Of a stretch of DNA of 64,000 nucleotides, positions 37,210-51,989 are shown piece after piece. A program made the position numbers and the translations under genes. Under the pieces are notes generated by a model. That model saw only the letters and a program-made list of their open reading frames with translations, searched no databases and was not told where the DNA came from. The stretch is from Ginglymostoma cirratum. Its lineage: Eukaryota. Every line of letters begins with the position of its first letter. The first letter of the stretch is position 1. The stretch is from contig JAHRHZ010000235.1 of assembly GCA_024137785.1 (NCBI GenBank), positions 1-64,000 on the forward strand. Reading direction: 5' to 3'.

Positions 37210-38965
37210 CCAAGGAAATTTGACAAATTGGGTCCAAAATTTGCTGAGAACCAGGAAGCAGATTGTGATGATTGAGGGATGTTTTTTTCACTGGAAATCT
37301 GTATCCACTGGGGTCCCACAAGCGTCATGTTTGGCCCTTTGCTGTTTGTGACATATATGTATATATATATGATTTGATTATAGGAAGCCTGGTCAGTAAA
37401 TTCACAGAAACTATAAAAATTGGTGGGGTGGTAAATGGTGAGGAGGAAAGCCTGAGATTACAGATGGATAGGGACGGACTGGTCAGATGGGCTGATCAGT
37501 GGCAAATGAAATTCCATCCATGTAAATGTGAGGTGATGCACTTGAACAGGACAAACAAGGCAAGGGAATACATGATGGACAGTAGGACCCAGGGAAGCAC
37601 TGAGGATCAGAGGGACTCTGATGTGAATGGTCACCAGTCCCTTAATGTATCAGGACAGGCGGATAAAGTACACAAGAAGGCATAGGCGATACGTGCCTTT
37701 ATTAGCCGAGGAATAGAGTTTAGGGACAGGGAGGTTGTGCTGGATCGGTATAAAATGTTGATTGGGCCACAGCCAGAGTACTGTGCGCAGTTCAGGAATC
37801 CACATTGTAGGAGGGAAGTGATAACACTGGAGAGGATGCAGAGGAGATTTGCCACAATGTTGCCTGGGCTGAAAAGTTTCTGTTCTCGAGTCATAGAGTC
37901 ATACAGCACGGAAACAGACCCTTCAGTCCAATGGGTCCATGCTGAACATAATACGAAACTCAGCCAGTCCCATCTGCCTGCTCTTGGCCCACATCCCTCC
38001 AAACCTTTCTTATTCATGGACTTGTCTAAATGTCGTTTAAACATTGTAACTGTATCTGTATCCACTATCCCTCTGGAAGTTTATTCTACGTACAAACCAC
38101 TCTCGGTATAAAAATGTTGCCCCTCATGTCTTGATTAAATTTTTCTCGCCTGACCTTAAAAAATGCGCCTTCATCTTGAAATCACCCACTCTATAGAAAA
38201 GACACCTACTATTCACCTTTTCGAAATTGCTCATGATTTTATAAACATCTCTAATGTCAGCTCTCAACCTCCTTTGCTCCAGTGAAAAATGTCCCAGCTT
38301 ATCCAGCCTCCCGTTGCAACTCAAATACTCTTTCTTGAATCTTTTATGAATCCTTTCCAGCTGAATAATATCCTACTCATAACAGGACAGCCAGAACTTG
38401 ACACAGTATTCCAGAAGATGCCTCACGAATATCCTGTACAGCCGCAACATGATGTCCCATGTCCTATACTCAACGGTCTGAGCAATGAAGGCAAGCGTGC
38501 TAAGCACCTTCTTAACCACCCTGTCTATTATGAAGAGAGATTGCACAGACTGGGGTTGTTTTCCTTCAAGCAGAGGAGGTTGAGAGGGGATATGATTGTG
38601 ATGTGTAAAATTATGAGGGACAAAGAGAAGGGAGACAGGAAGAAACCTTTCCCCTTGACGGAGGGATCAATGACCCTGGGCCATAGATTTAAAGTCAGAG
38701 ACAGGAGGATAAGAGGGGACATGAGGAACAATATTGTCACCCAGAGGGTGATGGGAATCTGGGACTCACTGCCTGTAGGAGAGAGGGAGGCAGAACATTG
38801 AACAGAACATTGAAGAAATATATCGATGTGCATTTGTGATGCCAAGGCATACATGGCTATGGGCTGAGCACTCGAACATCGGAACAGAATAATCATGTGG
38901 TTGTTTTTGTCTAGTACAGACACGATGGGCCGAAGGGTCATTTTATGTGCTGTAGATCTCCATGA
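37210..38965 (+). mobile_element. CR1 3' part with a nested opposite-strand CR1 (about 37885-38525)
   Basis: Plus-strand RT C-terminus breaks at MLPGLKSF and resumes at YEERLHRLGLFS. Confidence 0.8.
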
Positions 38966-41611
38966 CTCTCTGTGTCACCCAGCCACACTGCTCTACCGTC
39001 TCTCTCTTTCCTGTCTTTCTCCATCTCCATAAACCTTTCCATCTGTCTGTCTGTGTCAGTGACAGAGCCTCCTTCTCTGTCTGTCTGTCTGTCCCTCTCT
39101 CTATCTGTCTTTCTCTGAGTTTATGTCTCTTTTATTTATCACCGTCCAGCTCTCCTTCTGTATACCTTCCTTTCTTTTTCTCCCTCTCTCTCACTGTTGC
39201 TCTCTGTCCGTCTTTCTCTGTGTCTCTGCCCCTCCTCTCTCTCTCACTTTCTCTCTCTCTCTGTCTCTGTCTCTGTCCTACAGGCAGTGAGTCCCAAATT
39301 CCCATCACCCTCATTCTTGTATCTCTTGGTGTTTGTCCTTCTGACAGCTCACCTCTCACTCCCACCCTGCCTCTCCCTGTCATTCTCTAACTGATCGCTA
39401 TACCACGTTTTACTGCTGGGCATTGGAACATTGTGTCGTGGGGCAGCAGTTAAATGCCTCATCTTTCTGTCTCTGTCTCACTCACAGTCTCCTGGTCATT
39501 CTCCATTTCTGTCACCGTCCCTCTCTCCTTCCTTTTCTCCCTTTCCACCCATCTCCCAGTTGGATATCGTTAAATGCAATGTAAATCTCCCTGAGATCTT
39601 CCTCATCAGTAGATCAGAAACTTTCACCAGTAAACATGTGACTCCTTTACACTGGGCCCTCCAGTGTCTCAGATTCAAACGCCACATTCTCTTCATCACG
39701 TAGGCCTCTTATTACTATTTTCACAACATTATCCATCTCTGCGCTCCATCAGCCGCATGACCACGGAGGCGTTATTCCTGTTCATCCCAACTCCAACCTC
39801 CATGATTTTAATGTCCTATTCCAGATTTCTTAATTCATGCTTCATAGATCCCAACATGTCTGAAATGGTGTGGTCACCTCCAAACATTGCTCCAGAATGA
39901 TCGCTGGCCTGTCTGGCCGTACTCCCAACCTCATTCACATCCTACCCGACCTCACTGCCCTACAAATGCCTCACAGCCTCCCTCCTCCCTCTCTCCGTGT
40001 CCTGTTGCAGACTCACATTCCCTCCATCACCCTTCCACCTCCTGTCCATTGCTGCTTCCTCCATCCCACCATTGACAGCAGAACCTCCAGACACCTAGAG
40101 CCTGCTCCCTGACCTCCAGGCCTTCATCCCTGCCACTCTCCAGGTCGCATTCTCCTCCGTCAAACCTTGGAGATTGGTGATGGCACACACAATCAAATAT
40201 CTAGCCTTCCACACAGAGAATAGGGAGGTGGGTGAGGTAGCAAGGTACTGGCAGTCTCCATAGAACTGACCCCAGCATGAATTGTCCCTCGGGAGGGGAG
40301 AGGGAATGTTCAGGGTCCTGAGCTCCATTTCCTAGCCCAGGTAGTTTGTCTCCCAATGAATGAATGAGATGTCAGTTTGGAGCCCAGGTTAGGGGCAGTC
40401 TCATGCTGTGGACACAGGTCTATAAGAGGGAATTGGAGATCGAGCTGAAAAGGAAAGCTTTGCTGGGTTATGGGGAGAGAGAGGGGCAGTGGGACTAATA
40501 GGATCACTCACAGTCATGATGGTTGTGCTATTGAATATGATGGTCAGTCAAATCACTTTTAGTTCTCTGTTCCTTTATCATTGATTTACTGACTAATTCC
40601 TCATCAGTAAATCTAGTCTGGCCTGTTCCCAGAGCTGGTTCAAGAGCATATTTCTTCAGAAAACACTTCTGTAAACTGGGTTGTCTGTTTCTCCCAGTCT
40701 TTGTGTCAAGGTGAGACTGAAGTGTGTGGAAGCTCTTATACAGCACAGACAGAGATCACTGAGCCTTTTGTGACTGTTAGTTCAATCAGTCCAATGAGTC
40801 CCATTTGCCCAGCTCTTCCTGTATAACCCTGTAATTGTTTCCTTTCCAGCGCTTTCTCCAATTTTGAAAGTTGCTGTTGAATCTGCTGCCACTCACCTTG
40901 CAGACAGTCAGCATGAACCCGCTGTATAGAAATGTTCTTGTCTTCTCTCTTGTTCTTTCGACTCGTTCTTAAATGTGTGCCCTCTGGTTACTGACCCTCC
41001 TGTCTATAGACACAATTTGTCCTGTATTTTCTGAATCCAAACTCTCTGAATTGGAACCCCACACTGAGTTAGACCTATTTACAGCACAGGAGGAGAGCAA
41101 GCAGCCTGTCAAGTAAATGTTGTCATTTCATGGAGCAATCCAGTCAGTCCCAGCCCTCCCCTACTCGAGCCCCAGAGCCTTGCAGATTTTGTTACATCAA
41201 GGGCCCATCTAATGTGCAATTACAATAACTGATTGTCTTCACTTGCCTCACCTCAATGGGCACTAATTTCCAAACCTTTACCAATAGCTGCTTCAACAAT
41301 AAGTTCTTCTTAATATCCCATAACTCTTGATGAACAAATTGGAAGGTACTCTCAATGTGAAGGTGTAATGCTGTCTCCACAAGGACTGTGCGGTGGTCAC
41401 TCTCACTGATACTATCAGGGCCAGCAGGCAGGTTGGTGAGGATGACAGTGACTATGCTTTTCCCGCTTGTTGGTTCCCTCACCACCTGCCACAGGCCAAT
41501 TCTAACAGTTCAATCAGGTGCAACTTGACCAGCTTCCTCAGGAATGATGCTTCTGAGCAACTCTTGATGGTGGACTTTAAAGTCCTTCCCCCACAGCATA
41601 TCCTGCATTCT

Positions 41612-41970
41612 ACAAAATGATCAGAGGATTAGATAGGGTGGACAGTGAGAGTCTTTTTCCTAGGATGATGACGTCGGCTAGTACGAGGGGGCATAGCTGC
41701 AAATTGAGGGGTGATAGATTTAAGACAGATGTCAGAGGCAGGTTCTTTACTCAGAGAGTGGTAAGGGTGTGGAATGCCCTGCCTGCCAATGTAGTTAACT
41801 CAGCCACATTAGGGGCATTTAAACAGTCCTTGGATAAGCATATGGATGATGATGGGATAGTGTAGGGGGAATGGGCTAAGATTAGTTCACAGGGCGGCGC
41901 AACATCGAGGGCCGAAGGGCTTGTTCTGCGCTGTATTGTTCTATGTTCTATGTTCTATGTTCTATGTTCT
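41612..41970 (+). mobile_element. Young CR1 3' end nested in an older LINE
   Basis: Same family as 12904 and 55925 copies; (gttctat)n tail. Confidence 0.9.
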
Positions 41971-42464
41971 ATCCTTCCCACCCTCAGTGCTCCCTCCAAG
42001 TATTGTTCAACATGGAGGGGGACTGACTGGTCGTTTTGTATTGGAGGGGAGTGCGGTGCTATGTAGCAATCAGCAGGAGGTTCCCTTCCCCATGTTTGAA
42101 CTGCTGCCATGAGACTTCAGGGTTCCATGGTTAATGGGGAGGACTCTCAGGGAAACATCCTTCCGACTTTGCACACCACTGCATTGTTGACCCTGCTCGG
42201 TCTATCCTGCCAGTTAAAAACTGAATGAGAAAACAATTCTGTGCATGATTCACGGCTTGGAGACAGAGCTGCTGCTGGATTCTATTTCTGATCTCCGAGT
42301 ACAGGCGATGTGTGTTTGTGAGAGAGGGACTGACACTTTTTTCATCACTATTCTGCTTCCGCTAAATAAATATCCCCAAACCAGGGAATGGCCTCCTTCT
42401 GTGCTGTTAGATTTCAGGAAGTGCAGACAGTTTACAGTTTTCTCCCATCTCAGTAACAAACTTC

Positions 42465-42628
42465 CAGCTGCTCCGAGCTCCTTCTTTCACTTCCTCTGGT
42501 AGTGAAATTTCAACCTTGCGATCTGACAGGCTTTGCAGTTATTTTTTCCACTGGGGCTTTCTGCTGTGGTCAGAATCTCTAATAATAAGTGTCCAATCAG
42601 TGACAATCACAGCAGCTAAGAGCAGTCA
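42465..42628. promoter_or_regulatory. Candidate upstream enhancer (E-box, EICE, RUNX, CCAAT)
   Basis: CAGCTG 42465-42470, TTTCACTTCC 42485-42494, TGTGGT 42565-42570, CCAAT 42593-42597; all kept in the inverted paralog at about 62418-62581. Confidence 0.5.
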
Positions 42629-45269
42629 AGACTGAGGAGCCAGGCTCACTGGGAAACACATTGGGAAGATCAAAACCATTCTCTTCAGCTCCCGATACAA
42701 ACTCCATGCCTCTCCCAGGGCATTGTCTGCTGCTCAACTAGATTCTTTACTACCTTGGCCTTATCTTTGAGTGTGATCTGAGCCCCACATCACAAAGATC
42801 AGCGCCTGAAAATCTCAGCCGTGTCTTTGGGACTCCAAATGTGACCATTCCAATGTTGTCCTGGCCCACATCACAGCCATTGCCCTCCATAAACTTCAGC
42901 TCATCCCAATCTCTGCTGCCGATATCCGAACACACACACCAAGCCCCGTTCCCCATCACCCCCTGTGCTCACTGATCTGCATTGGCTCACGGCCCATCAA
43001 TAACTCAATTTTCAAATTCTCATCTTTGTTCTCATATCCCTCCCTGTCCTCCACCCTCCCAATCTGTCTGACCTCCCCTGAGCCACCTCACTCTGTGGTC
43101 AACAATCTTTGATATATTGCAGTCTATTCCTTCATACATGTCATTGAGAAACACTGTGAAAAGTTGATGTCCCAGCGCAGGTCCCTCAGGACAACAACGT
43201 GCACATCTTGTTCATTGGAGTACACACACATTACCCCTCCACTCCAAGCTCTGAACTAATTCCTGACCCAAAGTAATTATGTTTCTCAAATTCCATCTGT
43301 AGCAATGTTTATGAACAGTCTCTCAAGCTGAGAATCTCAGAACAGTAGTAGACCATTCGGCCCTTCGAGCCTGCTCTATCATTCAATATGATCATGGCTG
43401 ATCATCCAACTCAGTCCCCTGTTGCTGCTTTCTCCCCATAAACTTTGACCCTTTTAGTCTTAAGAACTACGTTGAGTTCCTTCTTGAAAACATTCAACAT
43501 GTTGTGATCAACTGATTTCTGCGACAGAAAATTACACAGGTTTCCCACTCTCTGGGTGAAGAAACTTTCCTCTATCTGAGTCCTAAATGGTCTTTCCCAT
43601 TTCCTTAAGCTGCAATCCCTGTTTCAGGACTCTCCAGTCATCAGGAACATCCTTCCTGAGTTTATCCTGCGTTGTCCTTCAATGTGACTCACCTCAGTCG
43701 TCTAAACTCCAGTGAACTTAGTCCCAATCAATCCGGTTTCCCATCAGGTAAGAATGCTGTCATCCCACGAATCAGTCTGGTAAATCTTCGCTGCCCTCCG
43801 TCCACAGACAGAACATCCTTCCTCAGATAAGGAGATCAAACTGCACAAAATAGAATCATAAAATCACACCGTACAGTAGGGGCCCTTTGGCCCATTGGAT
43901 CTACACCAGCCAAACTGCGCTAAACCTACACTAGCCCCACATTCCAACACGAGGCCTATAGCCTTCAATGCAAACACATTTCAAGTGTTTATCCAAGTAT
44001 GTTTTAAAGGTAGTGAGGTTACTCACCTCAACTACACTCCCAGGCAGTGCATTCTGACTGCCCACCATCCTCGAGGAGAAAAACATTTTCCGCAAATCCC
44101 CTCTGAAGCTTCTGCCTTTCACATTGAATGTGTGTCAACTTGTTATTGGCCCTCCGACTAAGGGGAACAGCTGCTTTCCATCCACCCTGTGCATTTCCCT
44201 CATAACCCTATGCACCTCAACATGTCCCCCTCAACCTTCTCTGCTCCGAAGGAAACAACCTGATCTTATCCAGCCTTCTTCATCACTGAAATGCTGCATC
44301 ACAGACAACATCCTGGTGAATGTCCTCTGCAACCCCTCCAATACATTCACATCCTTCCTATAGTGTGGTGACTAGATCTACACACAGTGCTCCAGCTGTG
44401 TTCGAAACAAAGTCCTGTACAGCTCCAACCTACCCTCCCTGCTGTTATAATCTATACCTGAAATGATAAAGGTAATATCCTGCACAGCTTCAGAGCTGCC
44501 CTATTAAGCTGTTACATCTTCCAAAGTGCATCACTTCACATTTATCATGGTTAAATTCCACCTGCCTCTGATCTGCCCATCTGACCAATCCGGTTATATC
44601 CTCCTGGAACATAACACCTTCTTCCTCACTGTCAAACACCTGCCAAACTTCATGTAATCCACAAACTTAGTTATCAGCTCCCCCTCCAAAAATCCCACCT
44701 GCATTGCTTCAAGATATCATGGAAAATAAGGAGCCCAGCACTTATCCATCTAGAATGCCACTGTGCACTGTACTAGACTTATTCAACTTTCTGCCCCACC
44801 CTGTGTCTCCTGTCCCTGAGCCAGTTTTGGATTGAATGCTCCAGGTGTGATCTCACTAAACCCCTGTACAATTGCAGCAAGAAATCCCTGCTCCTGTACT
44901 CCAATCCTCTCACTATGATGACCAACATACGATTTACCTTCTTCACAGCCTGCTGCACCTGCATGCTTATTTTCAGTGACTGCTGTACAGGGACACCCAG
45001 GTCTCATTGCACCTCCCCATTCCCAATCTATCACCGTTCTGATAATAATCTGCCTTCCTGTTTTTGTAACTAAAATAGGTAACCTCACATTTATCCACAT
45101 TGCATTTCATCTGTCCCTCACTCATCTTGTCCAAATTACACTTACACTGACGCATCTCTGCATCCTCCTTACAACAACCCCTACCACCCAGCTTTGTGTT
45201 TTCTACAAACTTGGAGATATTTCTGATAAGTTCCCTCATCTAAATCATTAACACACGTTGTGAATAGCT

Positions 45270-46930
45270 GGGGTCCAGGCTTGTGGTTCCCTTTCAGAAA
45301 ATGGTCCGTTTACTCCTACACTTTGTTTCCTACTTGCTTGTTTGCATCACATGTTGAGGTTTACCTACACCTTGACAAGTATGACACCTTTTATAAAACT
45401 ACACCACACCTTTATACAATGTTTCCTGGATAAAATGCCCGTTTCTGGACGCCTGTATTTTCTGCCCCACCATGGGCATCTCATGTGCCCCTCACAATAT
45501 CTCCCTACGATAGTTGGGCAGTACCACTGGCCGATGTCTAACTGACCATTCTTCATTTGCGGGTCTATGAGGGGGAGTCTCCACTACCGCACTGGTACTC
45601 GGCTCTGAAGATAACAGCACTCTGCAACTCCTTCAGCCTCGACCTCAGTATGAGCTGACTGTGCTCATTTATTTCATTCAGGATCTGCTTTTGGGATCTG
45701 CTGTAATTAGGGACATCATTCCAAACACTCTACCTGGATTATCTTCGCCCTTTCAGAAAGTTTTAGCTCTCCTTTCACTTGCTTATGGTGTCACATGAAC
45801 CCTTATTGATGTATTTTGTTTAACCATTGCCCTGGTTGCCACACACTGAGGAGAGAGATCAGGAACCTGTTCCTGTCATTGCTCTGTTTCTTGGACCTCT
45901 TTTGGGCATTCTGTAATTATCAGTGAAGCTACTACCTTTAGCCCTGACAAATCATTACCCAGAAGGTAACTGACTGCCTCAACAGGGAACGTTTTTCCCA
46001 CTCCAACAATTACTTCTCCTCATAAAAAATCACATTCCAGTTGTACTTTATAGAATGGATGCGCAATATATTCTCCACCAATCCCTTTTATCCTTATCTT
46101 CGCTCCTATTGAGCTCTCTGGAGGGAAAATCAATTTTTCCTCCAGTAAAAGTGATTGTGTTGGCCCTGTATCTCTCAGTTTGGTTCTGGGTTTTAGCTAC
46201 TTCACTTGAAGAAAAAGGAGTCACCATTCCTTTTGTTAAAAATTCTGTCCACCTCTCATCTACTTTCCAGCTTCCTTTAATGATGACAGAATTCACCCCC
46301 AGCCTTTTTATTAAAGTTAGAGCCACAACCTGGTCGGTGATACTATCGTTCCCTTCTCTGACTCATTTTTACTGACTCCTATAAGTCCCATGTCTCTACC
46401 TCACAAATTTCTACATTCCAAACACACATGGCCCAACTTATTCCAACAGAAGCATTTAAGTTTCTGAATGTCAGCCCCACCCTCAGCAATTTCCTTCTCA
46501 ATCTGAGGAGGAGTTCTCAGGCTCTTCCCTGCTGTCCATTCTCTCCCTTGGTTACCTGCCTTCCTTACACTCTCCCACTTTTTTATTTTTCTCCGATTTC
46601 TGGAGCTGACACGAAAAAGGTTTCTGGATCAGTTTAGAACCATTAGTCATTATAGCTCCATGTCTTGCTGTAATTCCTGTTTGGCCTTCTGCATGAATTC
46701 TGACTTCAGAATGGAAGGATATTTTAAATTCTTCTCAAAGAATAATTTCTCTGATACAACCGTAAGTACTCGCAGCCTTTAACGCTCTTACCATCTGTCA
46801 AAGTTATTTTGTAAAACTTTCTCAAACTCAGTTGGAGTTTTTCCAGACTGTTTCCATAAGTTCTGAAGCCTGTGTTTGTATGTTTCTGGGACCAACTCAT
46901 ATGAACTGAGAATAACTTACATCCGCAACA
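45270..46930 (-). mobile_element. Gypsy/Gmr1-like LTR retrotransposon fragment (gag-protease-integrase zinc region)
   Basis: IREIIL*EEFK gag/SCAN-like segment, RDTG-like protease remnant, AHEMPMVG zinc-binding remnant directly after protease; heavily decayed. Confidence 0.6.
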
Positions 46931-47107
46931 AATATCACAAGACGAGATTATCTGACCACCATCTCATTGTTCCTAGAACCATGCCCTGTGTTAATCAGCA
47001 ATTGTGCTTCCTTGCAGGACAAAGTCAGAAGTTACACGACACACGGTTATAACAACAGGTTTCTTTGAAATCACAAGCGTTCAGGGCGCAGCCCCTTCAT
47101 CTGGTGA

Positions 47108-48945
47108 ACAAAGAACAAAGAACAAAGAAAACTTATAGCCCAGGAACAGGCCCTTCGGCCCTCCAAGCCTGTGCCGATCCAAATCCACTGTCTAAACCTA
47201 TCGCCCAATTCCTAAGGATCTGTATCCCTCTGCTCCCCACCTACTCATGAATCTGTCTAGACGCACCTTAAATGAATCTACCGTGCCTGCCTCTACTACC
47301 TCTGCTGGCAACGCGTTCCAGGCACCTACCACCCTCTGTGTAAAGTACTTTTCGCGTGTATCCCCCTTAAACTTTTCTCCTCTCAACTTGAACGCGTGAC
47401 CCCTCGTTATTGAATCCCTCACCCTGGGAAAAAGCTTATCCCTATCAACCCTGTCTATACCCTTCATGATTTTGAAGACCTCAATCAGGTCCCCCCTCAA
47501 TCTCCTTTTTTCTAATGAAAACAATCCTAACCTACTCAACCTCTCTTCATAGCTAGCACCTTCCATACCAGGCAACATCCTCGTAAACCTTCTCTGTACC
47601 CTCTCCAAAGCTTCCACATCCTTTTGGTAATGTGGCGACCAGAACTGTACACAGTATTCTAATTGCGGCCGAACCAAAGTCTTGTACAATTTTAACATGA
47701 CCTGCCAGCTCTTATACTCAATACCCCGTCCGATGAAGGCAAGCATACCATATGCCTTCTTGACCACTCTATCCACCTGTGCAGCCACCTTCAGGGTACA
47801 ATGGACCTGAACTCCCAGATCTCTCTGCTCATCAACTTTTCCCAAGGCTCTTCCGTTTACAGTATAGTTTGCTCTAGAATTAGACCTCCCAAAATGCATC
47901 ACCTCACACTTGCCCGGATTGAACTTCATCTGCCACTCCTCCGCCCAACTCTCCAGTCTATCTATATTCTCCTGTATTCTTTAACAATCCCCTATGCTTT
48001 CTGCTACTCTCCCAATCTTCGTGTCATCTGCAAACTTACTGATCAGACCACTTATGCCCTCTTCCAGATCATTTATGTATATCACAAACAACAGTGGCCC
48101 CAGCACTGATCCCTGTGGAACACCACTGGTCACCATTCTCCATTTCGAGAAACTCCCTTCAACTACTACTCTCTGTCTCCTGTTGCTCAACCAGTTCTTT
48201 ATCCACCTAGCTATAACACCCTGCACACCATGTGACTTCACTTTCTCCATTAGTTTCCGATGGGGAACCTTATCAAACGCCTTACTAAAGTCCATGTAGA
48301 TGACATCTACAGCCCTTCCTTCATCTATCAACTTGGTCACTTCCTCAAATAACTCTATTAAGTTAGTAAGGCATGATCTCCCCTGCACAAAACCATGTTG
48401 CCTATCACTGATAAGCCCATTCTTTTCCATATATAAATAGATTCTATCCCTCAGTAACTTCTCCAGCAACTTTCCCACCACTAACGTCAGGCTTACTGGT
48501 CTGTAGTTACCTGGAATATCCCTACTACCCTTCTTGTACAGGGGGACGACATTAGCAACTCTCCAGTCCTCCGGCACTTCACCTGTGTTTAAGGATGCTA
48601 CAAAGATATCTGTCAGGGCCCCAGCTATTTCCTCTCTCGCCTCCCTCAGCATCCTGGGATAGATCCCATCCGGTCCTGGGGATTTGTCCACCTTAATATC
48701 CTTTCGCCTACCCAACACATCTTCCCTCCTTATGTCAACTATTGCCCAAATATATACTAATTCCTTACCTTCCTCACAGCCTCCTGGTCTCCAACGTCAC
48801 CTCCGCTCCGTCTCCCGCCGCTCCCGGTGACGGAAAAAACCGCTCGCGGCTCGAGGTAAGTTTTTTAACCGTCTTACCTTCCCGTCAGGCCTCTGGTGCT
48901 CGCTGCCGCTCTTCCCGCTTCGAACTGCCGCCCGACACCAAAATG
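47108..48945 (-). mobile_element. Young CR1: RT part 47108-48740 joined to a CpG-rich putative 5'UTR 48742-48942
   Basis: ORFs 47198-47929 and 47981-48718; host Penelope-like tail splits at tgaa on both sides. Confidence 0.85.
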
Positions 48946-51900
48946 AAGTGACAGAGAAGAGCACACAGACACAGAATTTATAGGGAGAGAGATCAAGGGC
49001 AGAAAGATCGAACGATCAAAAGATCAGACAACTGGTGCAAGTGGAATGTCAAATAATAAGCTTTGCAGGTGACCAACAGTTATTAGGCGGTGTGAGTAAA
49101 ACGTCAACGGCTGAATAACAAGTGAAGAGATGACCTATAACCCGATTAAATGAAGCAGAGAGATAGTTACAAAAAAAACTATAAGTAAGGTGTTACTGGA
49201 GATAAACCAAATGATTGGAATAACCTGCTAGGCATAAGAGTTGCATGCCGAGGGTCTAACCAAACTAATGATTAACCCAAAACTGTACAAACTAATAAAC
49301 GTAAAGAGATCATATCAATTTTTCAAGGTGATAGTGCCAAAACAGAACAGGTAAGGAAGGTTTTACAGACACAGAACAGTGTGGTGTAGTCACATGTAAG
49401 CAACGAACCCAAGATCATAATTGAGACCGTCTTCATGGGTATAGAACTTGGCTATCAGTTTTTGCTCGGCGATTCTGCTGTGTATCTAGTGTGTATCTCA
49501 AAGTCCACCTTGGAGAACACTTACCCAAAGATTGGAATGTCCTTGACCACTGAAGTGTACGCCCACTGGGAGGGAACATCCCTGTCTGGCGATTGTGTGG
49601 TGTCCATTCATCCGTTGTACAATCTACATTGTCTCGCCAATATACCATGCCTTAGGGCATCCTTTCCTGCAGCTTATCAGATAGACAAAATTGGCTGAAT
49701 CACATGTGTACCTGCCGTGTACGTGGTGGGTGGTGTTCCTGCGTGTGATGGCAGTGTCCATATCAGTGATCTGACATGTCTTGCAGAGGTTGTCATGGCA
49801 GGGTTGTGTAGTGTTGTCCTGAAAAATGGCCTGTTTAAGGTTTGGTGAGAAGTGGAGGCGTAGGGATGATCTTGGTGAGAGGCTCATCTCATCAATGACA
49901 CGTTAAAGTCTGCGAAGAATATGTCGTAGTCTCTTCACTCCCTCAGCTTGATTTGTATGCTTAAGCTGGCAGAAGATGCATTAATGCCAGATTCAGCAGC
50001 CCCGCTCACAAGATAATGCAGAACATCACCCAAGCACAATGCAACACCATCCGTGCTTTCAAGTCCAATTGCAATATTGTTATTAAACCAGCAGACAAAG
50101 GAGGAGCCATCGTCATAAACAATAGAATGGACGACCGCAAGGAAGAGTACCAACAACTGAACAGCCAGGAACACTACAGACAATTATTCTCCAGCATCTG
50201 CAGTACCTTTTATCTCTCACACTACAGACAATTACCTGCCGCTGCAACCAAAGAACACACACATCAGCTCAACAGACTGATCAAGATCTGTAATCCAGAC
50301 GTTCAGAGTATCCTGTGCATTCTCATCCTGTGTACTTCTCGCATAGGAGACGACTTCTGCCTTCCGATGATACACAGAGCCACAGAACACTTGGACGTCG
50401 CATTGTATCAGGCAATGGGATGCTGTGTGGGAACTTCTCTGGCTATGTCAAGGGCATCCTGAAGCCCACTGTACAAGGAACCCCTGGCTTCTATCATGAC
50501 GCTTTCTTATGGAAGCTCAGAACCTGCAAACCAGTCGAACCAGGAGCATTCCTCATCATGATGGACGTTTCGGCACTCTACACCAGCATCCCCTCTGATG
50601 ATGACATTGCCACAAAAGCCTCAGTACTCAATATCAACAACTGCCAATTTCCAGACTCTATCCTACAACTTATCCACATTATCCTCGACCACAATGTCTT
50701 CACCTTCAACAGCCAGTTCTTCATCCAGACACATGTAACAGCCATGGTGACCAAATTTGCATCCTAATATACCAACGCTTTCATGCACAAGTTTGAGCAA
50801 GACTTCTTTGCGGTACAGGACCTCCAACCAACCCTATACACCAGATACATGGATAACATTTTCTTCTGTTGGACTCATGGCGAGTAACCACTGAATCAAC
50901 TAGATAGCAATATCAACAAGTTTCATCCCACTATCAGACTTACCATGGACTCCTCTTCAGAGTCAGTATCATTCTTAGACAAACGCACTTCCATCAAGGA
51001 CGGACACCTCAGTACCTCACTCTACCGGAAGCCAAGGATAACCTCATAATGCTGCACTTCTCTAGCTTCCACCCTAAACCTGTTAATGAAGCTATCCTTA
51101 ACGGACAAGCCCTGCATTGCGTTCCTCCTCTGCTCAGATGAGAAGGAATGTGATAGCCACCTAAAGATTTTAAAGTGCATCGTCATAAGGATGGGATACA
51201 ATCGTCAACTCATTGATCGCCACAGTGAAAAACGGCAATGACCTCCTCAATATACAGAACCAGGATACAACTGATAGAGTACCTTTCATAAAACAGTACT
51301 CCCCCGGGGCAGAGAAACTATGTCACATTCTTTGCAGCCTTCAACATATCATTGATGATTAGCATCTTGCCAAGATCTTCCCACCAAGATCACATTTAAA
51401 CGTCTACTTCTTGCCTTCAAACAACCTTCAGCGTGTCAAACTTTAAACAGACCATTGTTCGCAGCAGACTACCCAGTTTTCAGGACAACATCGACCACAA
51501 CACCACACAACTCTGCCATGGCAACCTTTGCAAGACATGTCAGATCATTAACGTGGATACTGCCATCACATGTGGGAACACCACCCAGCACTTACGCAGC
51601 AGATATTCATGTGAATTGGCCGATGTTTTCCATCATATGCTGCAGGCAAGAATGCCCCAATGCATGGTATATTGGCAAGACCATGAAGACACTATGACAA
51701 TGGATGAATGCACACCATGCAATAATCACCAGACAGGGATGTTCCCTCCCATTCAGGGAACACTTCAGTGGTCAAGGACATTCAGCCTCAAATTTTCAGG
51801 TAAGTGTCCTCCAAGGTGGACTTTGAGATACACAGCAATACAGAATTGCCGAGCAAAAACTGATAGTCAAGTTCAATACCCATGAAGATGGCCTCAACTG

Positions 51901-51985
51901 TGATCTTGGGTTTGTGTTGTGCTACGTGTGACCACACCACATTGTTCTGCATCTGTAAAACCTTCCTTTCCTGTCCTGGATCTGA
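48946..51985. mobile_element. Second, older Penelope-like family: inverted 3' copy (to about 49930, minus; tail continues 47020-47107) plus decayed RT-GIY-YIG (about 49990-51985, plus)
   Basis: IKPADKGGAIVI, MDVSALYTSIP, CKTC..CDSANFVYLISCRKGCPKAWYIGET. Confidence 0.85.
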
Positions 51986-51989
51986 CTGA

